A stretch of DNA of 63,768 nt, counting the filler, from Octopus bimaculoides (taxonomy: Eukaryota), in NCBI RefSeq assembly GCF_001194135.2. It is 10 parts of 10 records of this genome, joined end to end, with 100 filler letters (N's around TTAATTAATTAA, not from the genome) between each part and the next. Parts side by side here need not be neighbours in the genome. Positions count along the whole stretch, not along the records: positions 39,957 to 60,019 come from NC_069009.1; positions 60,120 to 62,657 come from NC_068990.1; positions 62,758 to 63,768 come from NW_026427233.1; 7 more parts are not named here. One strand, written 5' to 3'. The notes beneath the pieces were generated by a model. That model did not search any database and was not told the origin of the DNA. It was given only the letters and a program-made list of their open reading frames with translations. Made by a program: the position numbers and the translations under genes. This document shows positions 49,901 through 63,768 of this stretch, in pieces. Each line of letters starts with the position of its first letter. Within the stretch, counting starts at the first letter, position 1.

Positions 49901-51520
49901 TGTCTGTTTGCATTCTGAATCAAATACCACCTGGCTTTGTCTCTCTGTATTCTTTGATCAATAAAAAATGCCAAAGGGCTGAATGGACTTGTGTAACAAC
50001 GTGTCGTCATCCAGTCAAGCTTGCTCAGACATTCTCAACCTACACACACCTTCCATCTTGGTTCTACATTAGTTGAGGAAGGTCTTCAGAGAGGCATCCA
50101 GCATCTCTGGTGAGTTGATCTACATACATTGTGTTTGGACAACTTGCTCCAGTAGGGCCATACTTTGGCATTTATAGCAGTAGGTTACTGCCAGCTCTTG
50201 TTTAGCTTACCAACAATGTTGCACAAAGTGCATTGTACACAATACTTTTTGGTATTCTCTTTGCATTCTGAATTGAAATATCATCTAGCTTTACCTCTCT
50301 TTACTTTTCTACTCACATTTGCCTTCAATTTTGGTCCTGCATTAGTCGAGGGAGATTTGCAGGGAGTTATCCAGTATCTCTGGTGAGTTGATCTTCATAC
50401 ATTGTTTGGATGACCTGCTCACGTATGGCCATGCTTTGGCATCCAGAGCAGTAGGTCACTTGCTAACTGTTTAGCTCATCAGCAATTCCCTGTGAAGCAC
50501 AAGCACCTATCCCTTATAAACATGTACCTGTAGAAAGCTTCTGCCATTATCTTCACCACATCACAGATGGAAGCTGACTCTGTTTGGTAGCCACAAACAC
50601 CTGAGGCAAAATTAATTATTGGTGTTTTGAGAGGTTAATGAAGGATTGAGATTTTAATTATGTTTCAGCACTGACTTGAGGTAGAGTTGCCATGGGAAAA
50701 CACCTGGTCACTTCCATCTGTTTAGTATCTCCTCCTCCCACTACTTCCCCATCAGGCTTATTTTCTCTCTCTTTCCCCTCCCCCTCCCCCCCCCCTCCTC
50801 GCTCTCTGACAACCTGCTCAAATATAGCCATGTTTTGGCTTTTTAGCCGCAGGTCACTTGTCAGCTATTGTTTAGCCCACCAATGTTCTGTAAAGCATCA
50901 GTTCCTTTCCTTTACATTGTGCATATTTTGTGATATTCTGTCACATCAGTTTGCATTCTAGATTTGAATACCACCTAGATTTGCCTCTCTTTACCTCTCT
51001 GTTCTGTGATCAATAAAATATGTAGAAAGGATGAATAGATCTATGTAACCACATGTCATAATCATATGGTTGACCTTGCTCTGACATTTTCAACCCATGC
51101 ACCACCCATCTCGGTCATGTATTAATTGAAGGAGGTTTTCAGGGAGGCTGTTCAGTGTTTCTAGTCAGTTGATCTCCATACATTGTGTTCAGAAAACCTG
51201 CTCAAATAAGGCCCTGCTTTGGAATTTTGTAGTAGGTCACTTTCCAGCTCTTGTTTAGCTTGCCAGCAGTGTCGCACAAAACACAAGTGCCTTTTCCCTT
51301 ACATTGTGCATGTTATTTTGTGGGATTCTGTTATGTCTGTTTGTATTCTTAATTCAAATACCACCTAGCTTTACCTCTCTTTATTTCTCTATGTTTTGTG
51401 ATCAATAAAATATGCAGAAAAGGTGAATGGATCAGTGTAACCACTGGTCATCATAATCTGGTTGAACTTGCTTGGAAATTTGCAATCCACACATGCCATC
51501 CCTCTCGCCCTGTGAGTGAG
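49900..51520 (-). repeat. Tandem array of decayed units of about 360-390 bp derived from an RTE C-terminus
   Basis: The anchor (C/G)AAATACCACCT.GCTTT..CTCTCT occurs at about 49921, 50275, 50965 and 51355. The minus strand gives a SDLLLWMPKHGH..GHP....DQLTRDTG-like peptide. Confidence 0.65.
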
Positions 51521-51536
51521 GTCATGTGGGGGGATA

Positions 51537-52424
51537 TGAGGTGGTATCAAAAAGTTCCCAGACTAGTTCTGTAGTGCTCCAACATATAGCAGCTCTCAGT
51601 TGCATGCATAGTGAAAGCTAGCAGTGACCTTCACGAGGCAGTGTACCGAGTGACATCAGTGTGTTTACTTTGCAAATTGTGAAATTTGTGTTGTTGTGAT
51701 CATGTGTATGCTGTAGTCTGCGATTTTGTCATGGATAGGAACAAAGAGTCAGCATGAAATTTTGTGTTAAACTTGGGAAGTCAGCTACAGAAACACTGAG
51801 CATGCTTTGACAAGCTTACAATGACAAGGCAGTGGGTCCTATGCAATGTTTTAAGTTGCATGGCTGCTTCAAAAGCAGAAGAAGGTCCCTCGAAGACCTA
51901 CCACGAGTGTCACCCCTAGAAATTTGGTATTGTGCATTGAGAATTTGTCCCCCAGGGTCAGACCGTCAACCGAGAGTACTACTGCGACATTTTGAAGCAT
52001 TTGAGGGAGGACATTTGGCAAAAGTCAACAGATCTGTGGAGTGCAAAGAATTGGATTCTCCACAATGACAATGCACTGTCACCAAGCTCTCCTCACCCAT
52101 GAGTTTCTTGCCAAAAACATCATGGTGTTGCTTCCACACCCTCCCTATTCACCAGATTTAGAACCTGTGGGTTTCCATCTCTTCCCCAAGGGGAAAATGC
52201 AGTTCAAAGGTCGCTGTTTTAACACTGTTGTCAAAATCCAAGGCGAATCACAGAAGGTTTTGACTTGGTTGTGGAAAAAGACTTCCAGACCAGATTCCAA
52301 AAGTGGCACAAAGCTGGGACTGGTGTATTACTGTGCAAGGTGACTATTTCGAAGGAGATGATGTTTAAAATAAGTTATTTTTTATTAAACATAACTTATC
52401 CTGCAACTTTTTGGATCCACCTTG
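51537..52424 (+). mobile_element. Mariner deletion derivative with both TIRs
   Basis: TA|TGAGGTGGTATCAAAAAGTT ... AACTTTTTGGATCCACCTTG|TA, and the motif LPHPPYSPDLEP. Confidence 0.9.
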
Positions 52425-52522
52425 TACACTGAGAGAATAGATATTTGTTTATTGTTTAATTTATTTTGTTTGCATCTTGCTCTAAACTTAACTCATCCTT
52501 CTCTCTTTCTCTTTTTTTCTAG

Positions 52523-52588
52523 GACCTCAACAGAGTCAAGAACAAACCTTACATTCAGACTGTTGACTCAGATGGCCGACCAGATGAG
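52523..52588 (+). CDS. USP19: USP19-like exon B (66 bp, phase 0-0): DLNRVKNKPYIQTVDSDGRPDE
   Basis: Acceptor ctttttttctag and donor GTAAC. Continues exon A in frame (LHE|DLNR) and matches USP19 DLNRIQNKPYTETVDSDGRPDE. Confidence 0.93.
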
Positions 52589-52639
52589 GTAACCTCTTGA
52601 CAAGTACTTTATTTGTAGTGGTGTCAGTGGTGGTAATCG

Positions 52640-52960
52640 TCATGTGTTTGAGGTCATATACAAGATAGTGTTGGTGTTGTAGTGAAATTGGTTATGGTGG
52701 TGTTTGTAGTTGGTGGCAGTGGTGGTGATGGTGATGGTGTTGGAGATGGTGATGGTGGTATGGTTGACAGTATAGTGATGGTGTTGATGTTGTGTAGGAG
52801 ATAGTGATAGTGGTGTTGTAGGAGATAGTGTTGGTGTTGTAGTAATGATAGTGGTGGTGATGTTGTGTAAGAGATGGTGATAGTGATGGTTTTGCAGTTG
52901 GTGGTGTAGCAGTGTTCCATGGTGTTGTACTAGCTGAAGGTATTTTAGTGTGATTGCATG
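52640..52960. repeat. GTG/GTA low-complexity tract just downstream of the exon B donor
   Basis: Degenerate (GGT/AGT/TGT)n. Confidence 0.75.
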
Positions 52961-53899
52961 TGATGTCATCAGAAAATTGTGGTGGCTAGAGTTCCGCGCA
53001 ACCTCTGTATGCCCAGGCGAGTCTTTTGTGTAGTGGTGGTATGTGAGTGTAATTGTATTTTGTATGTTTTAAGATGTGGATGGCAGGATAATTTGGCGAG
53101 GGGCAATGTTGGTGTTATTATTGCCTTTTTCTTTATTAGTACTCCCCCTCTCCCTCATCACTCTTTCCTCTCCTTTACTCATCACTCTCCCTGTCCTTCG
53201 TTCCCCCACTTTGTCATCACTTCCCCTCTCCCTCATTGATCTCTCTCATCGCTCTCCTTCTCCCTTGTTACCCCTCATTGCCTCCTCCCCCTTCCCTCAC
53301 TGCTTCCCCTCTTCACCACTCCCCACTTCCCTCACCAACTCTCTTGTATCTCTCTTTTAATCCCATAATTAAAAAAAAAACAACTTTAATATTTTCCTCT
53401 CACCCCTCCTCTTTCTAATTGGAGGTGCAGTTGCCTAGCAGTTAGGCAACTGGGCCCTTGACCATAAAGTCATGGGTTTTATTCTATCCTGGTGGTGTGT
53501 TGTATCCTTGGTCAAGGTACTTCACTTTACATTACTTCAATCCACTCAGTTGACAGACATAACCATTAAGAGACTAGCAATGATAGCACATCAGTGGTTG
53601 ACCAAAGACTTTGAGGCAGTGGACTTGTATTCTAATATAATCCCTTCAACCATTTCCTAACTATTTTATAATCACTACCCCTGCTAGAATTGCAGATGCT
53701 GGTGTAGCAGTGTACCAGCATCAGTATTTGATCCTCAGTAAAAGTAAAGTAAAATCCCTAGCTGGTAACCAGAGTGGGGGAGGCTGCTGTGGGTGCCACT
53801 GAATGATGGACTCTGGTGATGATGTTATTCCACACTTTCTGATCCATGGTGCTGGCTTTAGTATGCTTTGAGTTTGAACCTCTGTAACTTCAGGTCTTA

Positions 53900-54500
53900 A
53901 TTTGTTTCACCCAAGTCTTTTTTTGTGCCCTGAACTGGATTCTCCTGTGTGTGGGTCTCTTTACCTCAAAAGTTGGTGTGGTAGTCCTCCAGTGCTCATC
54001 CTGCATGTGTGGACAAACCACTGTAGCCTGCACTTCTGGACTTGGTCTTCATTGGTTGGCTGCTACTGGCATTGTTCTCAGATGTTGTTTGAAATTCAGT
54101 CACGTAGAAAGACACCAAAGATCTGAAGATGACACTGCATTTGGAGCACCTTCAGCTTGCTTAGGTCCTGTTTGAGGATGGTTCGGGTCTCAGCATTGTA
54201 GAGGAGATCAGGCAGAACCAGCATGCAGAAAAGATGGATCTTGGACCTTAGGGAGATGTTGGGCTTCTTCCAGACACACCATGGAAGGGACGCGAATTCA
54301 GAATTTCACAGGCCCGATTTGGCAATTGATCTCTGCTGATGCCACTTTCTTCTTCACAACCAGTAGAGGAAAGGTTGATATTAAAACAAAAGAAAAAACC
54401 ATACTTGATATCTTCAATTTGGTTTTGGTGTCTTTCTTCATCTATGATCATGACTGTTGAGTATAGTAATGTCCAATAGAGTACAGTTGTGAATACAAGT
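53900..54500 (-). mobile_element. Decayed RTE C-terminal fragment
   Basis: ..VWKKPNISLRSKIHLF..LVLPDLLYNAET...RLQWFVHTCRM. Confidence 0.7.
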
Positions 54501-54509
54501 ATCCGAAAT

Positions 54510-55130
54510 GAAGTTCCTCTGAAGGAGCTCTGCAATAACATTACTTGACAGGGTGTGTAGCTCAGAGATCTGAGAGTTTTTCCACATTGAACCACCACTT
54601 CTCTGCATTGAGAGGTCACAGATCCAGTACTAAAGATATGATTAGAATGTTGCAGGAAGGAATCACAAAATGGATTCTTCAAGCTGAGGGGACCTGGAGG
54701 TTAGCCAAGAATGAGATGGTTGGACAATATCCATGGTCTCAGGAATCCTGCATACAAGTGCATTCAGCATTTGATTCTCAGAAGAGGAGAGATTGGGGAA
54801 AAAAAGCCAAACTCGTTATCTTCAGTTCAGTTTTAATGCCTATCCTCAGCTAAAGTCATCAATGTTGGGTATTGACTGAAAGAGTTTTATCACAAATACA
54901 AGCAGCCGAAATGGGGTTTCTCTGAAGAATCTCTAGAGTAACGTTACTTGACAGGGTGTATAGCTCAGAGATTAGGGTAGCTCTCCAGGTTGAGCCACTA
55001 CTTTCCTGCATTGGAGGTCACAGGGCTGGTATTATAGACATGTGATTAGAATGTTACAGGAAAGCCAAACCAGAATAGACCAAGAATGAGGTGGTTGGAT
55101 AGTATCCATATCTCAGTTGGTCATGCTTGG
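54510..55130 (+). mobile_element. Two tandem decayed RTE (Rex3/Expander-like) C-terminal fragments
   Basis: KAKLVIFSSVLMPIL...QIQAAEMGFL..TLLDRV.SSEIR. The block TTACTTGACAGGGTGT.TAGCTCAGAGAT occurs at about 54541 and 54943. Confidence 0.7.
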
Positions 55131-55359
55131 GAATCTAGCCAGAAAGAGTAATGGTGGATACTTCTGATAGGACCATATGGAGGAGGTGCTTGAAAACTCT
55201 ACCCCCATGGCTCTCTCAGGAATAGTGGATGGAGAAAATGGATGGATACCCCTAAATTTTTCCCCTCCCACTTCTGTTTTACAATCATTTCTTCATTATT
55301 TTTTTCCTTCACTTCTCCTGTTTTACAATTCTTCATCCTATTTTATAATTCCTCCCCAC

Positions 55360-58235
<2,876 letters not shown>

Positions 58236-58246
58236 TCTAATTTCAG

Positions 58247-58357
58247 GTGTCCATTACTTTTGATCCTTTCTGTTACCTGTCCATACCACTGCCAAAAAAG
58301 CAGAGACTAATTACTGTGGTGTTTTTCTGGAAGGAACCATACAGAAAACCTGTGCAG
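58247..58357 (+). CDS. USP19: USP19-like exon D (111 bp, phase 0-0): [37 protein letters not shown]
   Basis: Acceptor tttcag and donor [19 protein letters not shown] follows exon C in the USP fold. Confidence 0.94.
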
Positions 58358-58627
58358 GTGAGTAACAGTGGGCCCCATGGTGGTAGATGTTGTTAATTAC
58401 CTTTGATCCAACAGACCCATGATCAAAAATATTTCAATCACAATCCTGTCGTTTTTTTTTTCCTAACTCTAGACTACATCCAACAAGTTCAGTAGATTTA
58501 CCTGCTATTTTTAGCAGGTAGGTGCAAGGTGTGACGTGATGTTGGTATGTCTTTTACTTGTACTTATGTATGTATTTATTTATTTATTTATTTATGTATG
58601 TATGTGTATATATGTGTGTGTATTTGT

Positions 58628-58661
<34 letters not shown>

Positions 58662-58670
58662 CATCTATAT

Positions 58671-58945
58671 TCTTTTTTTACTTGTTTCAGCCATTGACTG
58701 CGGCTATGCTGGGGCACCGCCTTTAGTCGAGCAAATCGACCCCAAAGCTTATTCTTTGTAAGCCTAGTACTTATTCTGTCGGTCTCTTATGCCGAACCGC
58801 TAAGTTATGGGGACGTAAACACATCAGCATCGGTTGTCAAGCGATGTTGGGGGGACAAACATAGACACACAAACATTTACACACTGAACCCAAGACCTTG
58901 TGGTTGGTAAGCAAGCTACTTACCACACAGCCACTCCTGTGCCTA
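58671..58945 (-). mobile_element. SINE family C, internally deleted, antisense
   Basis: Reverse complement of the head and tail of 30433-30840. Confidence 0.8.
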
Positions 58946-59789
58946 TATATATATATATATATAGAGAGGTTATTACCAGTGCCGCTGGACTGGCTGCTGT
59001 GCAGGTGGCACGTAAAAATCACCATTTTGAGCGTGGCCNNNNNNNNNNNNNNNNNNNNNNNNNNNNNNNNNNNNNNNNNNNNNNNNNNNNNNNNNNNNNN
59101 NNNNNNNNNNNNNNNNNNNNNNNNNNNNNNNNNNNNNNNNNNNNNNNNNNNNNNNNNNNNNNNNNNNNNNNNNNNNNNNNNNNNNNNNNNNNNNNNNNNN
59201 NNNNNNNNNNNNNNNNNNNNNNNNNNNNNNNNNNNNNNNNNNNNNNNNNNNNNNNNNNNNNNNNNNNNNNNNNNNNNNNNNNNNNNNNNNNNNNNNNNNN
59301 NNNNNNNNNNNNNNNNNNNNNNNNNNNNNNNNNNNNNNNNNNNNNNNNNNNNNNNNNNNNNNNNNNNNNNNNNNNNNNNNNNNNNNNNNNNNNNNNNNNN
59401 ATATATATATATATATATAAAACAAAAATATGGACAGAGAAAGTCGCATCTTTAATTGTAGAATGCCCCTTACAATGCTGACAATTGTTTCTGTTGTGTC
59501 AGCATATTTGGATATAGAAAATATTGAAATTAATTTATCTGAAAATACATGTTAACAATGTTTTTAAGGTGATCCAAAATTAATGAAATTCAAAGTGAAA
59601 TAAGGAAATATTTCCAGTACATTAATGTATACAAAAAGAACAATAAGAAGAAATTTAATCTAAGGAAAGGTATTTTTGTATTCAACTCTTGGTGAAGTCA
59701 GTGGATAATGAAAGAATAAAAAAATAAAAATTGGGAATTCTATGTTATGACAATTAGAAACAAAGAATTTCTATATCACAACAATTAGT

Positions 59790-60018
59790 TATCATCATCA
59801 TCATCATCATCATCATCATCGTTTAACGTCCACTTTCCATGCTAGCATGGGTTGGACGATTTGACTGAGAACTGGTGAAACCAGATGGCAACACCAGGCT
59901 CCAATCTAATTTGGCAGAGTTTCTACAGCTGGATGCCCTTCCTAACGCCAACCACTCAGAGAGTGTAGTGGGTGCTTTTACGTGTCACCCGCACGAAAAC
60001 GGCCACGCTCGAAATGGT
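59790..60018 (-). mobile_element. RTE 3' tail
   Basis: (CAT)n followed by the reverse complement of 39240-39435. Confidence 0.88.
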
Positions 60019-60119
60019 GNNNNNNNNNNNNNNNNNNNNNNNNNNNNNNNNNNNNNNNNNNNNTTAATTAATTAANNNNNNNNNNNNNNNNNNNNNNNNN
60101 NNNNNNNNNNNNNNNNNNN

Positions 60120-61035
60120 AAGGTGAAGGAGTCGGTGATATGATAGGTACGGTGGTGGGGTGGTAGGTTAAGGGAAGCAGGAGACGGGAGATGGCGGGGT
60201 GGGTGCAGGGAGAGAGAGCAGATGCACAGTCCATGGAACGTGCTCTCGCAAGGACGGTATGGATAGTGGTGAGGGGATATCCACGTAGGATGAAGTGGCG
60301 AGCCATGAGTTGAGACTGAGTCTCTGGGAATAAGGGATGGAGAGCTTGGTGTGTTTAGGGTGGGAGGAGAAGTTGAGGTATGAGTGTGAGTCTGTGTGTT
60401 TGTAGTGAATGGAGGTGGTGAGATGGAGTAATGAATGCTGACCGAAATGTCAAATACATACATATATATGTGTGCAGATGTATATACACATATACACATG
60501 TATATATATAGTTGGAATTACAAAAAAACAAAACAAAAGACAAAGACAGGTGTGTAAACAACAAACAGATGTATTAATTTAACACTCGGGAAGTGAGAAA
60601 GTCTTTTACATTTTGAGCCTACACTCTTCAACAGCAAAGAGCACAGAAATAAGCAGAGAGAGAAAATAAAAAAAGGTTTAAGAGATAACAAAGAAGAAAC
60701 AACAATAGGAAAAAGCAGAAAGTACAAAAAGAAGTTCAGAAAAGTTCAAAAGGTTCAAACGTTGTGGTGTATTGGAGCGATTTCTCATCAACGGAAGAGT
60801 CCAGTGTAATCCATGTGAAAACCAGGTGAAAGTCCGAAGTGAAAGAGAGTAAATAATCCAGGTAGAATAGTCCGAAGTGTGTAGATGGTATAGAAAATCG
60901 AAGTGTATGAGATAGAGACAGGATGAAACTGGTATGAGCGTGCAATATATAGTTGGAATTACAAAACAAAAGATGAAGACGGGTGTGTAAACAACAAACA
61001 GATGTCTTAGTGAGAAAGTCTTTTACATTTGTTGC
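60120..61035 (-). mobile_element. Penelope-like element fragment with directly repeated terminal segments
   Basis: HFILRGYPLTTIHTVLARARS...LPLTYHP. The repeat GTTGGAATTACAAAA...GGTGTGTAAACAACAAACAGATGT occurs at about 60510 and 60952. Confidence 0.75.
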
Positions 61036-62760
61036 CCACAAGAGATTATGTCTGATCTTTAGCAAACTTTTGTATATCTTCTCAAATCACGATCATAGGA
61101 AAAGTTGTTGATAATTCTTATCAACAAAAACAGAGTTGATGAATACACACAAGTGTTGCAAAATCAGATTGGATGATACTTTACTCAACCAACAGAGGCA
61201 GGTGACCGATCAAACTGATTATGTAAACAGAATTCTGATTGGTCGAAAGTGTCTTCTTGTCTCAAGCTCTGATTTTATGTCCATTCTTGTCAGAACCTTT
61301 GATATGGACTATCGAAATTTTAATCCCTTTCACACTTATAAAATGTCAAGCAAACTTTAAAATTTGTCGTTACTGTTTTAGCCAGGAGATGAAATTGATA
61401 GTTTGGTAACACAATAAATAAACATGAAAACTCGAAAGGTGGAAATAAACAGCTTTTCAAGTTTAACTCAGTTTATCGAACAAGCGAGTTGCAAAATTTA
61501 AGAAGCAACTTGTTAGAATATATACGTCTGTGAGGAGACATAAACAAGAATAGCAAAAATCTACCGTACCAAAAGATCTGGTAATACATACATTATAAGT
61601 GTCCTGTGAAGAAAACATAAGATTGCTGCATAATTCAACATGAATGTGAAACAACATTAAACATTGTATAAGATAAATGAAGGTTTCTGTAGGAATGCTA
61701 AGTCATATTCACTTAGTGAGTTTACATGTGCAAGGATGAATTATGATGTTGTCATTGTCAATGTTAGATGCAGTAAGAGCTGATAGCGGCGATATCAGCA
61801 GTGAGGAATTTCATTGTGCCGTAACATGAAGAAAGCAAGCAAATAGCTCCCTGGAGTAAATGCAAGCTAGACTCCTAAAACGGAGAAAAACTGATCTATG
61901 TAAGGAAATTGCTGGGCTCCATTGCGATAGGTAGAAACTCAGAGCAATGTAAAATATGGCCCGCACCGTGATTACCAGCATGAACGTCAAACTTCAAAAA
62001 GTAGTTAACCATTTAATGGTTTTAGTAACTTTATACAGAAAAAATAGGCATTATACCGTCCAGCATAAATAAAAGTCAACTTCATTACATTTTTTCTGTA
62101 TAAACTTATTCTCACATTAAATGAGTCAACTTCCCGTACATCATTTTCCAACAAAAAAAATTTCTAAAACAATTCTGGAAACAATCTACTCATGTAATTT
62201 ATGCATCCACAAAAGTTTATTTTCGTTTTTGCAAAAAAAGTGCATAAATTACATGTTTTTTATGGTATATACATCAATGCATATACATGCATATATATAT
62301 ATATATATATATATACATACATACATACACATATATATACACATATATACATGCATGCATATATACACATATATGTAACACACACACATATATATATACA
62401 CATATTTATACATATATAAATCTATATATATACATGTATGTATATACATCTCTATATATATGTATATACATCTCTATATATATGTATATATATGTATATA
62501 TATATGTATATATATATATGTATATATATATGTATATATATGTATATATATGTATATATATATGTATATATATGTATATATATGTATATATATGTATATA
62601 TATATGTATATATATGTATATATATGTATATATATATGTATATATATATGTATATATNNNNNNNNNNNNNNNNNNNNNNNNNNNNNNNNNNNNNNNNNNN
62701 NTTAATTAATTAANNNNNNNNNNNNNNNNNNNNNNNNNNNNNNNNNNNNNNNNNNNNCAT

Positions 62761-63393
62761 TTTTATTTATGCAACCAAATTTCCCTCAGCAAAAAGATTG
62801 TCTGTGTAAAGAAGGGTCCACAAAGCAGCTTTGACATAGTAACCAAATCTCCTCCAAATCTTTATAGTAAACCCAATAATTGAAATAAATTTAAATATCT
62901 TAATTTTCTTATAAAAATTGTTATTGCTTTGATGGCAAGGGTGTTTAGAAATATTAACAAAATACTCTAGTGGAGGTTTCAGATCTCTGCCAGAAATTAC
63001 AAGATGTCTTATTAAATATTTTTATCTAAGCAACCAAATTTTCATCAACAAAAAGATTGTGTGTGAAGAAGGGAGTCATAAAACAGCCTTGACATTGTAG
63101 CCAAATCTCATTCAACTCTTTGTCGTAAGCCCAATAATTTAAATAAATTTAAATAGCTTCATTTTCGCAGTAGAATTGTTGTTGCTTTGGTGGCCTAACA
63201 GGTCAAGATGTTTAGAAGTGGAGGTTTCAAATCTTTGCCAGAAATTACAAAAGACATTATTAAATACTTTTATTTAAGCAACCAAAAAGTAAATTTAAGT
63301 ATCTTAATTTTCTCATAAAAATTGTTGCTGATTTGGTAAGGGTGTTTAAAAGTAGTAACAAGACACAAGCAGAGGTTTCTAATCTCTGCCAGG
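62761..63393. repeat. Diverged tandem repeat, units of about 250-260 bp (two units plus one deleted unit)
   Basis: Unit starts TTTTAT.TA.GCAACCAAA at 62761, about 63020 and 63268. Shared GGAGGTTTC..ATCT.TGCCAG block. Confidence 0.85.
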
Positions 63394-63397
63394 AATG

Positions 63398-63430
<33 letters not shown>

Positions 63431-63460
63431 CATACAGATATATAGACATACATAGATAGA

Positions 63461-63768
63461 TGCTGGAGCACCGCCTTTAGTCGAGCAAATCGACCCCAGG
63501 ACTTATTCTTTGGTAGCCTAGTACTTATTCTATCGGTCTCTTTTTGCCGAACCGCTAAGTTACGGGGACATAAACACACCAGCATCGGTTGTCAAGCGAT
63601 GGTGGGGGGACAAACACAGACACACATATCTATATATATATACATATATATGACGGGCTTCTTTTAGTTTCCGTCTACAAAGCTTTGGTCGGCCCTAGGC
63701 TGTAGTAGAAGACACTTACCCAAGGTGCCACACGGTGGGACTGAACCCGGAACCATGTGGTTGGTAAG
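63461..63768 (-). mobile_element. SINE family C, antisense, running off the window
   Basis: Reverse complement of 43156-43558. Confidence 0.85.

Noticed and set aside
61104-61126. Perfect 10-bp hairpin TTGTTGATAA-TTC-TTATCAACAA
   Set aside because: It is short, AT-rich and has no supporting context.

Overview
This is eukaryotic, repeat-dense, gapped genomic DNA. The SINE, RTE-LINE and microsatellite content suggests an octopus or other coleoid cephalopod (inference from recalled repeat families). The only host gene I can support is a USP19-like deubiquitinase on the + strand, seen as four phase-0 GT-AG exons: 41693-41785, 52523-52588, 55615-55725 and 58247-58357. Its Cys-box and His-box exons are not visible. 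The rest is mostly transposon debris (Tc1/mariner types, Tigger, MITEs, RTE, CR1, Dong/R4-like, Penelope-like, Gypsy, several tRNA-SINE families), micro- and minisatellites, and nine artificial TTAATTAATTAA scaffold pads. The strongest find is a near-canonical type I hammerhead ribozyme on the - strand at 43666-43794, antisense within a USP19 intron. Other notable finds are a variant-core hammerhead-like motif in Penelope terminal repeats, a complete TRIM-like LTR element nested with CR1, SINE and ORF1-only LINE insertions, a 93-nt pre-miRNA-like hairpin, and a sharp drop in CpG content near 22.5 kb. All calls were made by eye, with no database searches.
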